This document shows, one piece after another, positions 25,004 to 40,987 of a stretch of 64,000 nucleotides of DNA. The stretch spans positions 47,492,001 to 47,556,000 of the forward strand of contig OZ024748.1 in NCBI GenBank assembly GCA_964016885.1. The letters run 5' to 3'. The translations under genes were made by a program, and so were the position numbers. The DNA comes from Eledone cirrhosa. Taxonomy: Eukaryota. A model generated the notes under the pieces. It had not been told where the DNA came from. It did no database searches and saw only the letters and a list, made by a program, of their open reading frames with translations. Each line of letters opens with the position of its first letter. The first letter of the stretch is position 1.

Positions 25004-25206
25004 AAAAGTATGACCCCGACGGCAGAGATCAGGCCGTTTCGAGTCCAGAAATACCTCAAGCCGTTTCAAGTCCAGAAATAGCCGTCGAAACGGCTTGAGC
25101 TCTGCCGTCGGGGTCATACTTTTTCCCTATTACCCACTCTACTACCCTAAGTATTGAGTACTCTGGTGCGTTATGTTCCATCTGGTTCCTTACCACACAT
25201 CCTTCG
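25001..25206 (+). mobile_element. Short PLE-like terminal fragment with an inverted (fold-back) 5' end, in (TA)n
   Basis: gggaaaagtatgaccccgacggcagag...gccgtttcga is inverted relative to tcgaaacggcttgagctctgccgtcggggtcatactttttccc. The tail tacccactctactaccctaagtattgagtact is shared with 28343-28470. Confidence 0.6.
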
Positions 25207-26366
25207 TTTTATATATGTATGTATACATACACGTACACACATTAATATATGTATTGTGTGTATATATATCTATCTATATATATATGCCTACATAAATATA
25301 TATACACATACATAATCACATACATACTTGCATTCACACGCACACATACACAAACATAAACATACACACATCCATACATACACACACTTCCGCACGCACT
25401 CAGACATATGCATAAACACACACACATATTACATGCACACTCACGCACATGCACACACACACACGCATACACACATACACACGCACACACACACATACAC
25501 ACACACACACACAGAGACACACGCACACACACACACACACACACAAATAAACATGCATATACAGACACGCATATTACATACACACTCACACGCACACACA
25601 CACACGCACACAAACAAACATATACAAATTCACTCACGCATATTACATATACAATCACACACATACACAGACACAGACACAGACACACACACGCACACAA
25701 ACACACAAACATACAAATATACACACGCATATTACATACACAATCACACACATGCACACACACACAGACACACACGCACACGAACACACAAGCAAACATA
25801 TACAAACATATACACACACGCATATTACATACACAATCACACACCTGCACTCACACAGACATACACACACACGCACACGAACACACAAACAAACATATGC
25901 AAATACTCACACGCATATTACATATACAATCACACACATGCACACACACAGACACACACAAGAACACACAAACAAACATGCAATTACGCACACACATATT
26001 GCATACACACACACTCAGCCATACACACACACGCACACGAACACACAAACATATGCATACACACACACAAGAACACACAAACATTTGCATACACACACAC
26101 ACGAACACACAAACATATGCATACACACACACACGAACACACAAACATATGCATACACACACACACGAACACACAAACATATGCATACATACACACACGA
26201 ACACACAAACATATGCATACACACACACAGGAACACACAGAACGATATAAAAACACAGTGATATACACATACGCATATTACATACACACGCGCGCACATA
26301 CACACACACACACAGGAACACACAGAACGATATAAAATCTCAGTGACATACACACACACGCATATT

Positions 26367-26397
<31 letters not shown>

Positions 26398-26843
26398 TAC
26401 AGGAACACACAGAACCATATAAAATCTCAGTGACATACACACACACGCATATTACGTACACACACACACAAACACACAAACACACACAGGAACACAGAAC
26501 CATATAAAACACAGTGACGGTTGACTAGGTCTTCAAAGATAATTGGACAGCATCAATCATGGCAGCTCTGCAAATATCGCTTTTATTAGCTTTTCATCTG
26601 AATCTCAAGAGGGAAATGTTTGAAAACTGATCTAGCATTCTCAGTTGTTTGATAGCAACAGTAAAGTAGAAAGCAGCGATTTAAGCAAATAAAATGGCCG
26701 TTTTTTCAACGAGGAATTGTTTTTGTTCAACAAACAAGGTTTCATTTTAAGAATCACCACCAAAGATAACTCTATTTCGTCATTCAACCTTCTCATATTC
26801 TTAACAAAAATAACAAAAATGTTGGTTTTATTCATGATACTTT

Positions 26844-26874
<31 letters not shown>

Positions 26875-27093
26875 AAGAGAGAGAGGCATATATATATATA
26901 TATGCCTCTCTTTTTTTTCTCACTTACCATCTATCTATCGATCTCTCTCTATTTATCTATCTATATCCCTCTTCCTCTCTCTCTCTATCCCACTTACTCT
27001 TTCTTTTTTTCCTTCTCTAGCTCTATCCTTCTTACTTTCTCTCCCGTTCACTCTCTCTCCCTTTCATTCTCTCTCTCTCTTTCTCTCTTTCTT

Positions 27094-27124
<31 letters not shown>

Positions 27125-27986
27125 GCCTCTTTCCCTCTCTATCCCACTTACTCTTTCTTTTGTTCCTTCTCTAGCTCTATCTTTCTTACTCTCTCTCCCG
27201 TTCACTCTCTCTCCCTTTCATTCTCTCTCTCTTTCTCTCTCTCTCTATATATATATATATGCCTCTTTCCCTCTTTCTCATTCTTACTCTCGCCCCCTAT
27301 CATTCCCTTTCTCTATTTTCCCCTCATGCTCTGTCTCGCTCTCTGACTCCCATCTTTCACATCGTTCGTTTTTCATCAGATATATCAAATAATTCCTGCA
27401 GGTAAAGCTCAACCTTTAGAATCAATTATAGAAGTTTCATTCTCTTTGTTTTTGTATGCTATCTTATTATTGTTGTATTTTTTCTCCTCTTCCATTTCGC
27501 ACGTTTACTTCAATAATTTTCTTTATGCTTTACTATTTTAAACGTTGAAAATATGATAAATATCAGAAGATTTAATAAACTTTTTATTCTATTGGAAACT
27601 TCCAGACTTCATCATCGTCTAAACTATTTTTCCCTACTTTACAAAAACAAATAAACGTTACCAAAATTGGTAAACCTTTGATTAGCTATATTTTAACTTC
27701 TTTGATTTGTTTTAGCCAGCTCTGAGAAATGCACGGTTTTGATTCATAAAATGAATTTACTTAACATAAGGTTTAAACTTATTTAAATTCTACAGAGACA
27801 CACTTTCATTTTCACTGAGAAATCATAGATTATTGCAAGAGTAAATTAATTATGTTTTCTTATAAAAAAGATTCAATATAATTATTGCTGTCTGTCTTAC
27901 CGATTGCATTACAATTGTCAAAAGATAGATTTGAATAATGTTTATCTTTTATTTATTCATCTTTATATATTTTTCAGTTATCTACA

Positions 27987-28296
27987 TACGACGGTAGGCT
28001 GAAATATTCATAGGCTGACTATGAAGGAGTGACGCTAGAGCTGGGAAATCTTGCATGCGCCGAGGTTGACATTGCTTTTCATCGTTACGGGGTCGGTAAA
28101 ATAAAGTAACAGTCATGCACTATGGGGGGAGGGGGGGGATTTCCTGGCCTTGCGCCAAAAGTAGAAACAATTTATTACAACTCTTATTAATAACTGCATT
28201 GTTTCTTTCCTGGGACTATGTTGAAAAATAAACCTCATTTGGTCATTCCATGAGAGTATCTTGGTCAGCCTATGAACTTTTCAGCCAATACTCATA
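27987..28296. mobile_element. Mariner-like MITE with an internal SINE fragment
   Basis: TIRs TAcgacggtaggctgaaatattcataggctgac / gtcagcctatgaacttttcagccaatactcaTA with TA flanks; SINE core at about 28058-28172; another internal piece at about 29005-29066. Confidence 0.7.
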
Positions 28297-28342
28297 CATA
28301 TATATATATATATATATATAGGAAAAGATATATATGTATATA

Positions 28343-28470
28343 GGAAAAGACCCCGACGGCTGAGCTCCAGCCGTCGGGGTCCTGACTCTTTTCCGTTTAC
28401 CCACTCTACTACCCTAAGTATTGAGTACTTTGGTGCGTTATGATCCACCTGGTTCCTTACCACACTTTCT
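28343..28470 (+). mobile_element. Second copy of the short fold-back PLE-like fragment
   Basis: gaccccgacggctg-agctc-cagccgtcggggtc hairpin followed by the same tail as 25001-25206. Confidence 0.6.
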
Positions 28471-28472
28471 TT

Positions 28473-28514
<42 letters not shown>

Positions 28515-28729
28515 CGGAATATCAGAGGACAAAAAACAAACGCAGGAGTAGATGTTACAAATGTTATTAGTTTCACGCTTAGTAAAAGGTGGGGTGTGAT
28601 ATTTATATATATATATATATTCTACTTAGGAGGGTAGGGTGATAGGTGCATGGGGTGACTATGATGGAGTGGTGTGTCTGCTGTGACATCTTGCTTATAT
28701 TAATTTCAATTCATCTTGATAATATAATA

Positions 28730-28918
28730 TAATTGTTTCTACTTTGGGCACAAGGCCAGCAATTACCCATTACATTACTGGTACTTTATTTTATCGACCC
28801 CCGTAAGGATGAAATGTAAAGTTAACCTCGGCGGGTTTGAACTCAGACTGTAAAGGGACATAACTATGCTAGAAAGCATGGCGTCCGACCCTCTACCGAT
28901 ACTGCCAATTCACCACCC
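28730..28918 (-). mobile_element. SINE, full length
   Basis: Family consensus, reverse strand. Confidence 0.92.
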
Positions 28919-30042
28919 TATGTGTCTGTGTATGTCTGTGTTTGTGTATTTGTGTATGTGTGTGTATCTTTTTATATAATATAATAACTGTTAATATAAC
29001 TATATTGTTTCTTTCCAGGGACTCTGTTGAAGAATAAACCTCATTTGCTCATTATATGAGAGTATCACATACACACACACACAATGACACACACACTCAC
29101 ACACACATACACACACACACATAATGACACACACAATGACACACAATGACACACAATGACACACAATGACACACACAAACACACACACAAACACGCACAC
29201 AAACACGCACACAAAGACAACACAAACACACACAAAAATACGCGCACACATACTCATTCAAAGACACACATAAACACAGACAGACACACACAAAGACACG
29301 CGCATAAAAAACACACACACATACAAACACCCGCATGCACAAACACACATACAAAGACACACAAACACACACACATAAACATTCACTAAAAGACACACAT
29401 ACAAACACATACAGAAAGACACACAAACATACATAAACAACACGTACAGAAAGACACACTAACATACATAAACACATACAGAAAGACACATACACATACA
29501 GAAAGACACACAAACAGACACATACACATACAGATAGACACACAAACACACAAATACACATACAATAAGACACACAAACACACACATATACAAACACATA
29601 CAGAAAGACACACAAACACACACACATACATAAACACATACATAAACACATACAGAAAGACACACAAACACACACATACATAAACACAAACAGAAAGACA
29701 CACAAACACACACATACACAGACACATACAGAAAGACACACAAACACACACATACACAAACACATACAGAAAGACACACAAACACACACATACACAAACA
29801 CATACAGAAAGACACACAAACACACATACATAAACACATACAGAAAGACACACAAACACACACATACACAAACGCATACTGAACGACACACAAACACACA
29901 CATAAAGACATACAAACACACATACTTCCACACATAATAAAGACATACAAACACACATACACGCACACACAAAAGACATATAAACATCCACACACATACA
30001 CCAACACATAAAATGGCATATAAACACCCCACTCCCACCCCC

Positions 30043-30087
<45 letters not shown>

Positions 30088-30340
30088 AGACAAACACATA
30101 TATATAATAGAATTAATGTAACATATTCGTCATTTTATTTCCTTCTTCCACAACTACGTATTTCTATTCCACTGTATCTGATATTTTTTTTTTTTCTGAG
30201 GCTATCAATCATTGTTTTGTAAACAGATCATTCCATGAGTTCTCTTTAAAGCAACATATTACACAATCAAACATTTCTCCTTAAATAATATCGTTTACTC
30301 CAACCCAATCTCCTTTCCCCATTCTACTCCATACACCATT

Positions 30341-30419
<79 letters not shown>

Positions 30420-30515
30420 CTCCATACACCATTGTTTCATGAGTTATTTTTTAGCAGGACCCTTGTACGATTTCCCCCCGAAATTGTAAAACCCTTAGCG
30501 ATATGTTATAAACAA

Positions 30516-30701
30516 TAACTGTTTCTACTTTCGGCACAAGGCCAGCAATTACCCAGTGCATTACTGGTACTTTATTTTATCGACCCCGTAAGGATGAAAG
30601 GCAAAGTCAACCTCGGCGGGATTTGAACTCAGATCGTAAAGGGACGTAACTATGCTGGAAAGCATGGCGTCCGACCCTCTACCGATACTGCCAATCCACC
30701 A
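30516..30701 (-). mobile_element. SINE, full length, close to consensus
   Basis: Family consensus, reverse strand. Confidence 0.93.
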
Positions 30702-30904
30702 TTAGCAAAGTTCGCCCCACTGAATATATATGTCTAAAATTGTATAACCGACGCCACCATCACCAACACTACTACAACAACAACAACAACACCTTCTCTA
30801 CTACTACAGCACCACCACCACCATCACTCTGATGTTACTATTATCAGCACATCAACACTACCAGTACCACAACCACAACTACAACCAAAAGAACTACACT
30901 AGCA

Positions 30905-33150
30905 AAACACCACCATTAAAACCACTAGAATATTGAATGTGGCATCACCACAACACCGCCATTACAACTACTACAATATTGTAAACGCCATCATACAACA
31001 ACACCGCCATTACAATCACTACAATATTGTAAACGCCATCATACTACAACACTACCATTACAACCACTACAATATTGTAAATACCATCACCACAACACCG
31101 CCATTACAACCACTACAATATTGTAAATGTCTTCACCACAACACCACCATTACAACCACTACAATATTGTAAATGTCATCACCACAACGCCGCCATTACA
31201 ACCACTACAATATTGAAAATGTCATCACCACAACGCCGCCATTACAACCACTACAATATTGTAAATACCATCACCACAACACCGCCATTACAACCACTAC
31301 AATATTGTAAACGCCATCATACAACAACACCGCCATTACAACCACTACAATATTGTAAACGCCATCATACTACAACACTACCATTACAACCACTACAATA
31401 TTGTAAATGTCATCACCACAACGCCGCCATTACAACCACTACAATATTGTAAATACCATCACCACAACACCGCCATTACAACCACTACAATATTGTAAAC
31501 GCCATCATACAACAACACCGCCATTACAACCACTACAATATTGTAAACGCCATCATACTACAACACTACCATTACAACCACTACAATATTGTAAATGTCA
31601 TCACCACAACGCCGCCATTACAACCACTACAATATTGTAAATACCATCACCACAACACCGCCATTACAACCACTACAATATTGTAAACGCCATCATACAA
31701 CAACACCGCCATTACAACCACTACAATATTGTAAACGCCATCATACTACAACACTACCATTACAACCACTACAATATTGTAAAAGTCATCACCACAACGC
31801 CGCCATTACAACCACTACAATATTGTAAATACCATCACCACAACACCACCATTACAACCACTACAATATTGTAAACGCCATCATACTACAACACTACCAT
31901 TACAACCACTACAATATTGTAAATGTCTTCACCACAACACCACCATTACAACCACTACAATATTGTAAGTAACATCACCACAACACCGCCATTACAACCA
32001 CTACAATATTGTAAATACCATCACCACAACACCGTCATTACAACCACTACAATATTGTAAATGTCTTCACCACAACACTGCCATTACAACCACTACAATA
32101 TTGTAAATACCATCACCACAACACCGCCATTACAACCACTACAATATTGTAAATGTCTTCACCACAACACCGCCATTACAACCACTACAATATTGTAAAT
32201 ACCATCATACCACAACACCGCCATTACAACCACTACAATATTGTAAATGTCTTCACCACAACACCACCATTACAACCACTACAATATTGTAAATACCATC
32301 ACCACAACACCGCCATTACAACCACTACAATATTGTAAATACCATCACCACAACACCGCCATTGCAACCACTACAATATTGTAAATACCATCACCACAAC
32401 ACCGCCATTACAACCACTACAATATTGTAAATGTCTTCACCACAACACCGCCATTACAACCACTACAATATTGTAAATTTCATCACCACAACACCGCCAT
32501 TACAACCACTACAATATTGTAAATGTCTTCACCACAACACCGCCATTACAACCACTACAATCTTGTAAATACCATCACCACAACACCGCCATTACAACCA
32601 CTACAATATTGTAAATACCATCACCACAACACCGCCATTACAACCACTACAATATTGTAAATGTCTTCACCACAACACCGCCATTACAACCACTACAATA
32701 TTGTAAATACCATCACCACAACACCACCATTAAAACCACTACAATATTGTAAATACCATCACCACAACACCGCCATTACAACCACTACAATATTGTAAAT
32801 GTCTTCACCACAACACCGCCATTACAACCACTACAATATTGTAAATACCATCATACCACAACACCGCTATTACAACCACTACAATATTGTAAATGTCTTC
32901 ACCACAACACCGCCATTAAAACCACTACAATATTGTAAATGTCTTCACCACAACACCGCCATTACAACCACTACAATATTGTAAATACCATCACCACAAC
33001 ACCGCCATTACAACCACTACAATATTGTAAATGTCTTCACCACAACACCGCCATTACAACCACTACAATATTGTAAATACCATCACCACAACACCGCCAT
33101 AACAACCACTACAATATTGTAAATGTCTTCACCACAACACCGCCATTACC
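30905..33150. repeat. 46/48-bp minisatellite, about 48 copies
   Basis: Unit caacaccgccattacaaccactacaatattgtaaataccatcacca; 188-bp higher-order period around 31.2-31.8 kb. Confidence 0.95.
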
Positions 33151-36100
33151 ATCGTCAGAAACGCAGCAACAACCACAAGAAGAAGACTACCACAACACCA
33201 TCACTAAACACTACAACACCACCACAACTCCACCACCACAAAACCATCACTACACCACCACCACAACACCACTACCGGAACAACAACACTACTACAACCT
33301 CAACACCACATTACACCCAACATCACAACCAACACCACCATCATCGCAACCACCATCACACCATCATCATCACAACCAACACCACCACAACCGTCATCAC
33401 ACCCAACACCATCATCATCACAACCAACTCCACCATCATCACAAGCAACACCATCATCATCACAACCAACACCACCAGCATCACAACCAACATCACCAGA
33501 ACCACCATCATCACAACCAACACCACCATCATCACAACCCTCACCACCATCATCACAACCAACACAACCAACATCACAACCAACATCACCATAACCATCA
33601 TCATCACAACTAACATCACCACAACCATCATCAAACCCAACACCATCATCATCACAGCCAACATCATCATCATCACAACCAAAACCACCACAACCACAAC
33701 CAACCCCACAAACAACGTCACCATCATCACAACCACAACCATCACACCCATCACCACACACAACACCACCATCATCACAACCAACACCACCACAACCACC
33801 ACCACCACTACCACAACCAACACCACCATCACCACTACATCCAACACCACCACCATCACTATAACCAACAGACCCACATGTTGTTCCCCATGATAACATT
33901 GTATATTGTTGTTTTCATATTGTTGTTTTTATTAATTAATTAAAGAAGAAGAAGAAGAAGAAGAAGAAGAAGAAGAAGAAGAAGAAGAAGAAGAAGAAGA
34001 AGAAGAAGAAGAAGAAGAAGAAGAAGAAGAAGAAGAAGAAGAAGAAGAAGAAGAAGAAGAAGAAGAAGAAGAAGAAAGAGAAGTAAAAGAGGAGAGGAGG
34101 AGGGAGTGAAGAAGAAAAGAAGAAGAAGTGAAGGAGGAGGGAGTGCAGAAGAAGAAAGATAAGTAGAAAGAGAAGAAGGAGAGACTAAAGACAATATGAA
34201 GCCAGAGAAGGTATCAACGCGCTACGACATGGTCGCCATTTTGTAAAACAATTTCACGATATATATAAATACCCTTCAGTCATATTTCTTCTTTATGGGG
34301 ATTTTATGTGGCTTTTGTATGTACCACGGTTGTTGTTGTTGTTGTTGTCTTTATATATATTGTTGTTGTTGTTGTCTTTATATATATTGTTGTTGTTGTT
34401 GTCTTTATATATATTGTTGTTGTTGTCTTTATATATATTGTTGTTGTTGTTAATGTTGATGTTTTATTGTTGTTGTTGTCACTGTTACTGATATTGTTGT
34501 TGTTGTCGTTACTGTTATTGTTGTTGTTGTTGTCGTCGTCATTATTACTGTTATTGTTGTTGTTGTTGTCGTTACTGTTATTGTTGTTGGTGTCGTCGTC
34601 ATTATTACTGATATTGTTGTTGTTGTTGTCGTTACTGTTATTGTTGTTGTTGTTGTTGTCGTCGTCACTATTACTGTTATTGTTGTTGTTGTTGTTGTCG
34701 TCGTCACTATTACTGTTATTGTTGTTGTCGTCACTATTACTGTTATTGTTGTTGTTGTTGTTGTTGTCGTCACTATTACTGTTATTGTTGTTGTTGTTGT
34801 TGTTGTCGTCGTCACTATTACTGTTATTGTTGTTGTTGTTGTTGTCGTTGTCACTATTACTGTTATTGTTGTTGTTGTTGTTGTCGTCGTCACTATTACT
34901 GTTATTGTTGTTGTTGTTGTTGTTGTTGTTGTCACTATTAATGTTGTTGTTGTTGTCGTCACTATTACTCTTATTGTTGTTGTTGTTGTCACTATTAATG
35001 TTGTTGTTGTTGTTGTTGTCGTCACTATTACTCTTATTGTTGTTTTTCTTCTTAGCATTATTGTTATTGTTGTTGCTGATTTTGTCATTGTTACTGTTAC
35101 TGTTGTCATTGTTGTTGTTGCTGTTGTTGTTGTCATTGTTGTTGTTGCTGTTGTCATTGTTACTGTTGTCATTACAGTTGTTGCTGCTGTTGTTGTTGTC
35201 ATTGTTTTTATTACTGTTGTTGCTGTTGTTATTAGCGCTACCTTTTTGTTTGCTTTTGTTGTTATTTATGTTGCTATTCTTGCTGATGGCAAAGCTGATG
35301 GTGATGATGATGGTGATGATGATGGTAAAGCTGATGGTGATGATGATGCTGATGCTGATGGTAAAGCTGATGATGGTGATGATGATGGTGATGCTGATGG
35401 TAAAGCTGATGGTGATGATGATGGTAAAGCTGATGGTGATGATGATGGTGATGATGATGGTAAAGCTGATGGTGATGCTGATGGTGAAACTGATGGTGAT
35501 GATGATGGTAAAGCTGATGGTGATGATGATGGTAAAGCTGATGGTAAAGCTGATGGTAAAGCTGATGGTGATGATGATGGTAAAGCTGATGGTGATGCTG
35601 ATGGTGATGCTGATGGTAAAGCTGATGGTGATGCTGATTGTAAAGCTGATCGTGATGCTGATTGTAAAGCTGATGGTGATGATGATGGTAAAGCTGATGG
35701 TGATGCTGATGATGATGGTAAAGCTGATGGTGATGCTGTTGGTAAAGCTGATGGTAAAGCTGATGGTAATGCTGTTGGTAAAGCTGATGGTGATGATGAT
35801 GGTAAAGCTGATGCTGATGCTGAAGGTGATGATGATGGTAAAGATGATGGTGATGATGATCGTAAAGCTGATGGTGATGATGATGGTAAAGCTGATGGTA
35901 AAGCTGATGGTAAAGCTGATGGTGATGCTGATGGTAAAGCTGATGTGATGATGATGGCAAAGCTGATGGTAAAGCTGATGGTGATGATGATGGTAAAGCT
36001 GATGGTGATGCTGATGGTGATGCTGATGGTAATAATAATGCTGCTGTTGTCAAAGCTAATGACGTTTATATCATTGTCACATGATGTCGCTGTGGTTATT

Positions 36101-36745
36101 GTATGCAGTTGTTGTGTTTTTCCATGATGTCTTATTTTGTTCATTGTTGCTGCTGCTGTCATTGTTGTTGTTGTTGTCATTGCTGTTGATGTTGCTGCTG
36201 TTGTAGTTGTTGTCATTGTTATTGCTGTTGTTGTTGTTTTTGTCATTATTGCTGCCGCTGTTGTTGTTGGTGTTGTTGTTGTTGCTGTTTTATTGTTGTC
36301 ATTGTTGTTGTCATTGCTATTGCTGTTGTCATTGTTGCTGTTGTTTTGTTTTTGTCATTATTGCTGCTGTTGTTGTCATTTTTATTGCTGTTGTCATTGT
36401 TGCTGCTGCTGTTGTTTTGTTTTTGTCATTATTGCTGCTGTTGTTGTCATTGTTATTGCTGTTGTCATTGTTGCTGCTGTTGTTGGTGTTTTTATTTTTG
36501 TCATTATTGCTGCTGTTGTTGTCATTGTTATTGCTGTTGTCATTGTTGCTGCTGTTGCTGTTGTTTTATTTTTGTCATTATTGCTGCTGTTGTTGTCATT
36601 GTTATTGTCATTGTTGCTGTTGTTGTTGTTTTATTTGTGTCGTTGTTGTCATTGTTGCTGCTGTTGTTGTCATTGTTGTTGTTGTTGTTATTATTGCTGC
36701 TGTTGTTGTCACTGCTGTTGCTGTTGTTGTTGTTGTTGTTGTTTT
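33150..36745. repeat. Block of triplet-based simple repeats: (CAC/CAT/AAC), (GAA)~45 at 33944-34076, (TTG/TTA), (GATGGTAAAGCT), (TTGCTG)
   Basis: Direct inspection. Confidence 0.9.
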
Positions 36746-36835
36746 GTCTCTATCAACAATAATTTATTTCAGAGCAAAAACGATAAGAAACTTGTATATT
36801 TAATCAACGCTTTTATTACCAGATTGTGCATGTAC

Positions 36836-36895
<60 letters not shown>

Positions 36896-36924
36896 CGCTG
36901 TATGTGTGTGTAAATATCTGTGTA

Positions 36925-36975
<51 letters not shown>

Positions 36976-37053
36976 ATGTGTGTATCTGAGGTGCTGTATG
37001 TGTTTAAATATCTGTGTGGGATCTATGTGTATATGAGGTGGAGTATGTCAGTG

Positions 37054-37138
<85 letters not shown>

Positions 37139-37368
37139 ATGTATGTGTGTGTGTGTTTATAATTGCATGTGTATGTATGTATGATATTATGTGATAGCCT
37201 ATGTGTGTATGTGTTCGCCCGATTATGTATCGATACACACACACAAACACTCAAATATGTATAAATATATATATATATATATACGTTCCTTATATATATA
37301 TATTCTTTATATATATATATATATATATACGTTCCTTATATATATATATATATATATATATAAGGAAC

Positions 37369-37414
<46 letters not shown>

Positions 37415-37418
37415 AACG

Positions 37419-37456
<38 letters not shown>

Positions 37457-37566
37457 AGGAAGGAGCATGTGTATGCAGTGTCTGTCTGTGTGTCTACACG
37501 CCTAACTTTGTGAGTATTCCTTTATCTGAACTATTAATCACGTGGCAGTCAACAATAATACATAAC

Positions 37567-40500
37567 ACCGCCACCACCACTAGCAGCAGCACCACCACCA
37601 CTAGCAGCAGTAGTAGCAACACCACCACCACCACTAGCAGCAGCAGCACCACCACTAGCAGCAGTAGTAGCAACACCACCACCACCACTAGCAGCAGCAG
37701 CACCACTAGCAGCAGCACCACCACCACCACCACTAGCAGCAGCAACACCACCACTAGCAGCAGCAACACCACCACTAGCAGCAGCACCACCACCACCACC
37801 ACTAGCAGCAGTAGCAGCACCACCACCACCACCACTAGCAGCACCACAACCACCACCACTAGCAGCAGCACCACAACCAACACCACTAGCAGCAGCAGCA
37901 CCACAACCAACACCACTAGCAGCAGCACCACCACCACCACCACTAGCAGCAGCACCACAACCAACACCACTAGCAGCAGCAGCACCACAACCAACACCAC
38001 TAGCAGCAGCACCACAACCACCACCACTAGCAGCACCACAACCACCACCACTAGCAGCAGCACCACAACCACCACCACTAGCAGCACCACCACCACCACC
38101 ACTAGCAGCAGCACCACCACCACTAGCAGCAACACCACCACCACCACCACTAGCAGCAGCACCACCACCACCACTAGCAGCAACACCACCACCACCACCA
38201 CTAGCAGCACCACCACCACGACCACTAGCAGCAGCACCACCACCACTAGCAGCATCACCACCACCACTAGCAGCAACACCACCACCACCACCACTAGCAG
38301 CAACACCACCACCACCACCACTAGCAGCAGCACCACCACCACTAACAGCACCACCACCACCACTAGCAGCAACACCACCACCACCACTAGCAGCACCACC
38401 ACCACCACCACTAGCAGCAGCACCACAACCACCACCACTAGCAGCACCACCACCACCACCACTAGCAGCAGCACCACCACCACTAGCAGCAACACCACCA
38501 CCACCACCACTAGCAGCAGCACCACAACCACCACCACTAGCAGCACCACCACCACCACCACTAGCAGCAGCAACACCACCACTAGCAGCAGCACCACCAC
38601 TAGCAGCAGTAGCAGCACCACCACCACCACCACTAGCAGCACCACAACCACCACCACTAGCAGCAGCACCACAACCACCACCACTAGCAGCAGCACCACC
38701 ACCACCACCACCACCACTAGCAGCACCACAACCACCACCACTAGCAGCAGCACCACCACCACCACCACTAGCAGCACCACAACCACCACCACTAGCAGCA
38801 GCACCACCACCACTAGCAGCACCACCACCACCACCACTAGCAGCAGCACCACCACCACCACTAGCAGCAGCACCACCACCACTAGCAGCACCACCACCAC
38901 CACCACCACTAGCAGCACCACAACCACCACCACTAGCAGCAGCACCACCACCACTAGCAGCACCACAACCACCACCACCACTAGCAGCAGCACCACCACC
39001 ACCACCACTAGCAGCACCACAACCACCACCACTAGCAGCAGCACCACCACCACTAGCAGCACCACCACCACCACCACTAGCAGCAGCACCACCACCACCA
39101 CTAGCAGCAGCACCACCACCACTAGCAGCACCACCACCACCACCACCACTAGCAGCACCACCACCACCACCACTAGCAGCAGCACCACCACCACTAGCAG
39201 CAACACCACCACCACCACCACTAGCAGCAGCACCACCACCACCACCACTAGCAGCAGCACCACCACCACTAGCAGCACCACAACCACCACCACCACTAGC
39301 AGCAGCACCACCACCACCACCACCACTAGCAGCAGCACCACCACCACTAGCAGCAACACCACCACCACCACCACTAGCAGCAGCACCACAACCACCACCA
39401 CTAGCAGCACCACCACCACCACCACTAGCAGCAGCACCACAACCACCACCACTAGCAGCACCACCACCACCACCACTAGCAGCAGCAACACCACCACTAG
39501 CAGCAGCACCACCACCACCACCACTAGCAGCACCACCACCACCACCACTAGCAGCAGCACCACCACCACTAGCAGCAACACCACCACCACCACTAGCAGC
39601 AGCACCACAACCACCTCCACTAGCAGTAGCAGCACCACCACCACCACCACTAGCAGCACCACAACCACCACCACTAGCAGCAGCACCACAATCACCTCCA
39701 CTAGCAGCAGCAGCACCACCACCACCACCACTAGCAGCACCACAACCACCACCACTAGCAGCAGCACCACCACCACTAGCAGCAACACCACCACCACCAC
39801 CACTAGCAGCACCACCACCACCACCACTAGCAGCAGCACCACCACCACTAGCAGCAACACCACCACCACCACCACTAGCAGCAGCACCACCACCACCACT
39901 AGCAGCAACACCACCACCACCACCACTAGCAGCACCACCACCACGACCACTAGCAGCAGCACCACCACCACTAGCAGCATCACCACCACCACTAGCAGCA
40001 ACACCACCACCACCACCACTAGCAGCAGCACCACCACCACTAGCAGCAGCACCACCACCACTAGCAGCAACACCACCACCACCACCACTAGCAGCACCAC
40101 CACCACCACCACTAGCAGCAGCACCACCACCACTAGCAGCAACACCACCACCACCACCACTAGCAGCAGCACCACCACCACCACTAGCAGCAGCACCACC
40201 ACCACCACTAGCAGCAACACCACCACCACCACCACTAGCAGCACCACCACCACGACCACTAGCAGCAGCACCACTACCACTAGCAGCACCACCACCACCA
40301 CTAGCAGCAACACCACCACCACCACCACTAGCAGCAGCAGCACCACCACCACCACTAGCAGCAACACCACCACCACCACTAGCAGCACCACAACCACCAC
40401 CACTAGCAGCAGCAGCACCACAACCACCACCACTAGCAGCAGCAGCACCACAACCACCACCACTAGCAGCACCACCACCACCACCACTAGCAGCAGCACC

Positions 40501-40915
40501 ACCACCACTAGCAGCAACACCACCACCACCACCACTAGCAGCAGCACCACCACCACCACTAGCAGCACCACAACCACCACCACTAGCAGCAGCAGCACCA
40601 CAACCACCACCACTAGCAGCAGCAGCAGCACCACCACCACCACTAGCAGCAGCACCACCACCACCACCACTAGCAGCACCACAACCACCACCACTAGCAG
40701 CAGCACCACAACCACCACCACTAGCAGCAGCAGCACCACAACCACCACCACTAGTAGCAGCAGCAACACCACCACCACCACTAGCAGCAGCACCACCACC
40801 ACCAGCAGTAGCAGTACCAACACCACCACTAGCAGCAGTAGCAGCACCACCACCACCAGCAGTAGCAGTACCAACACCACCACTAGCAGCAGTAGCAGCA
40901 GTAGCAGCAGCAGCA
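37567..40915. repeat. 3.3-kb composite triplet array (ACC)n-ACT-(AGC)n
   Basis: Direct inspection; produces long low-complexity ORFs on both strands. Confidence 0.95.
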
Positions 40916-40987
40916 TAAGACATCCAATTGTCTGATCTGTTGATCACGTGGCACTCTAGAAACTGTAATATGTCGTTAAATAACGAC

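Noticed and set aside
35246-36127. Asp/Gly/Lys/Ala repeat ORF resembling an acidic matrix protein
   Set aside because: It is embedded in a continuous simple-repeat block, has a frameshift near 35945 and has no supporting gene structure.
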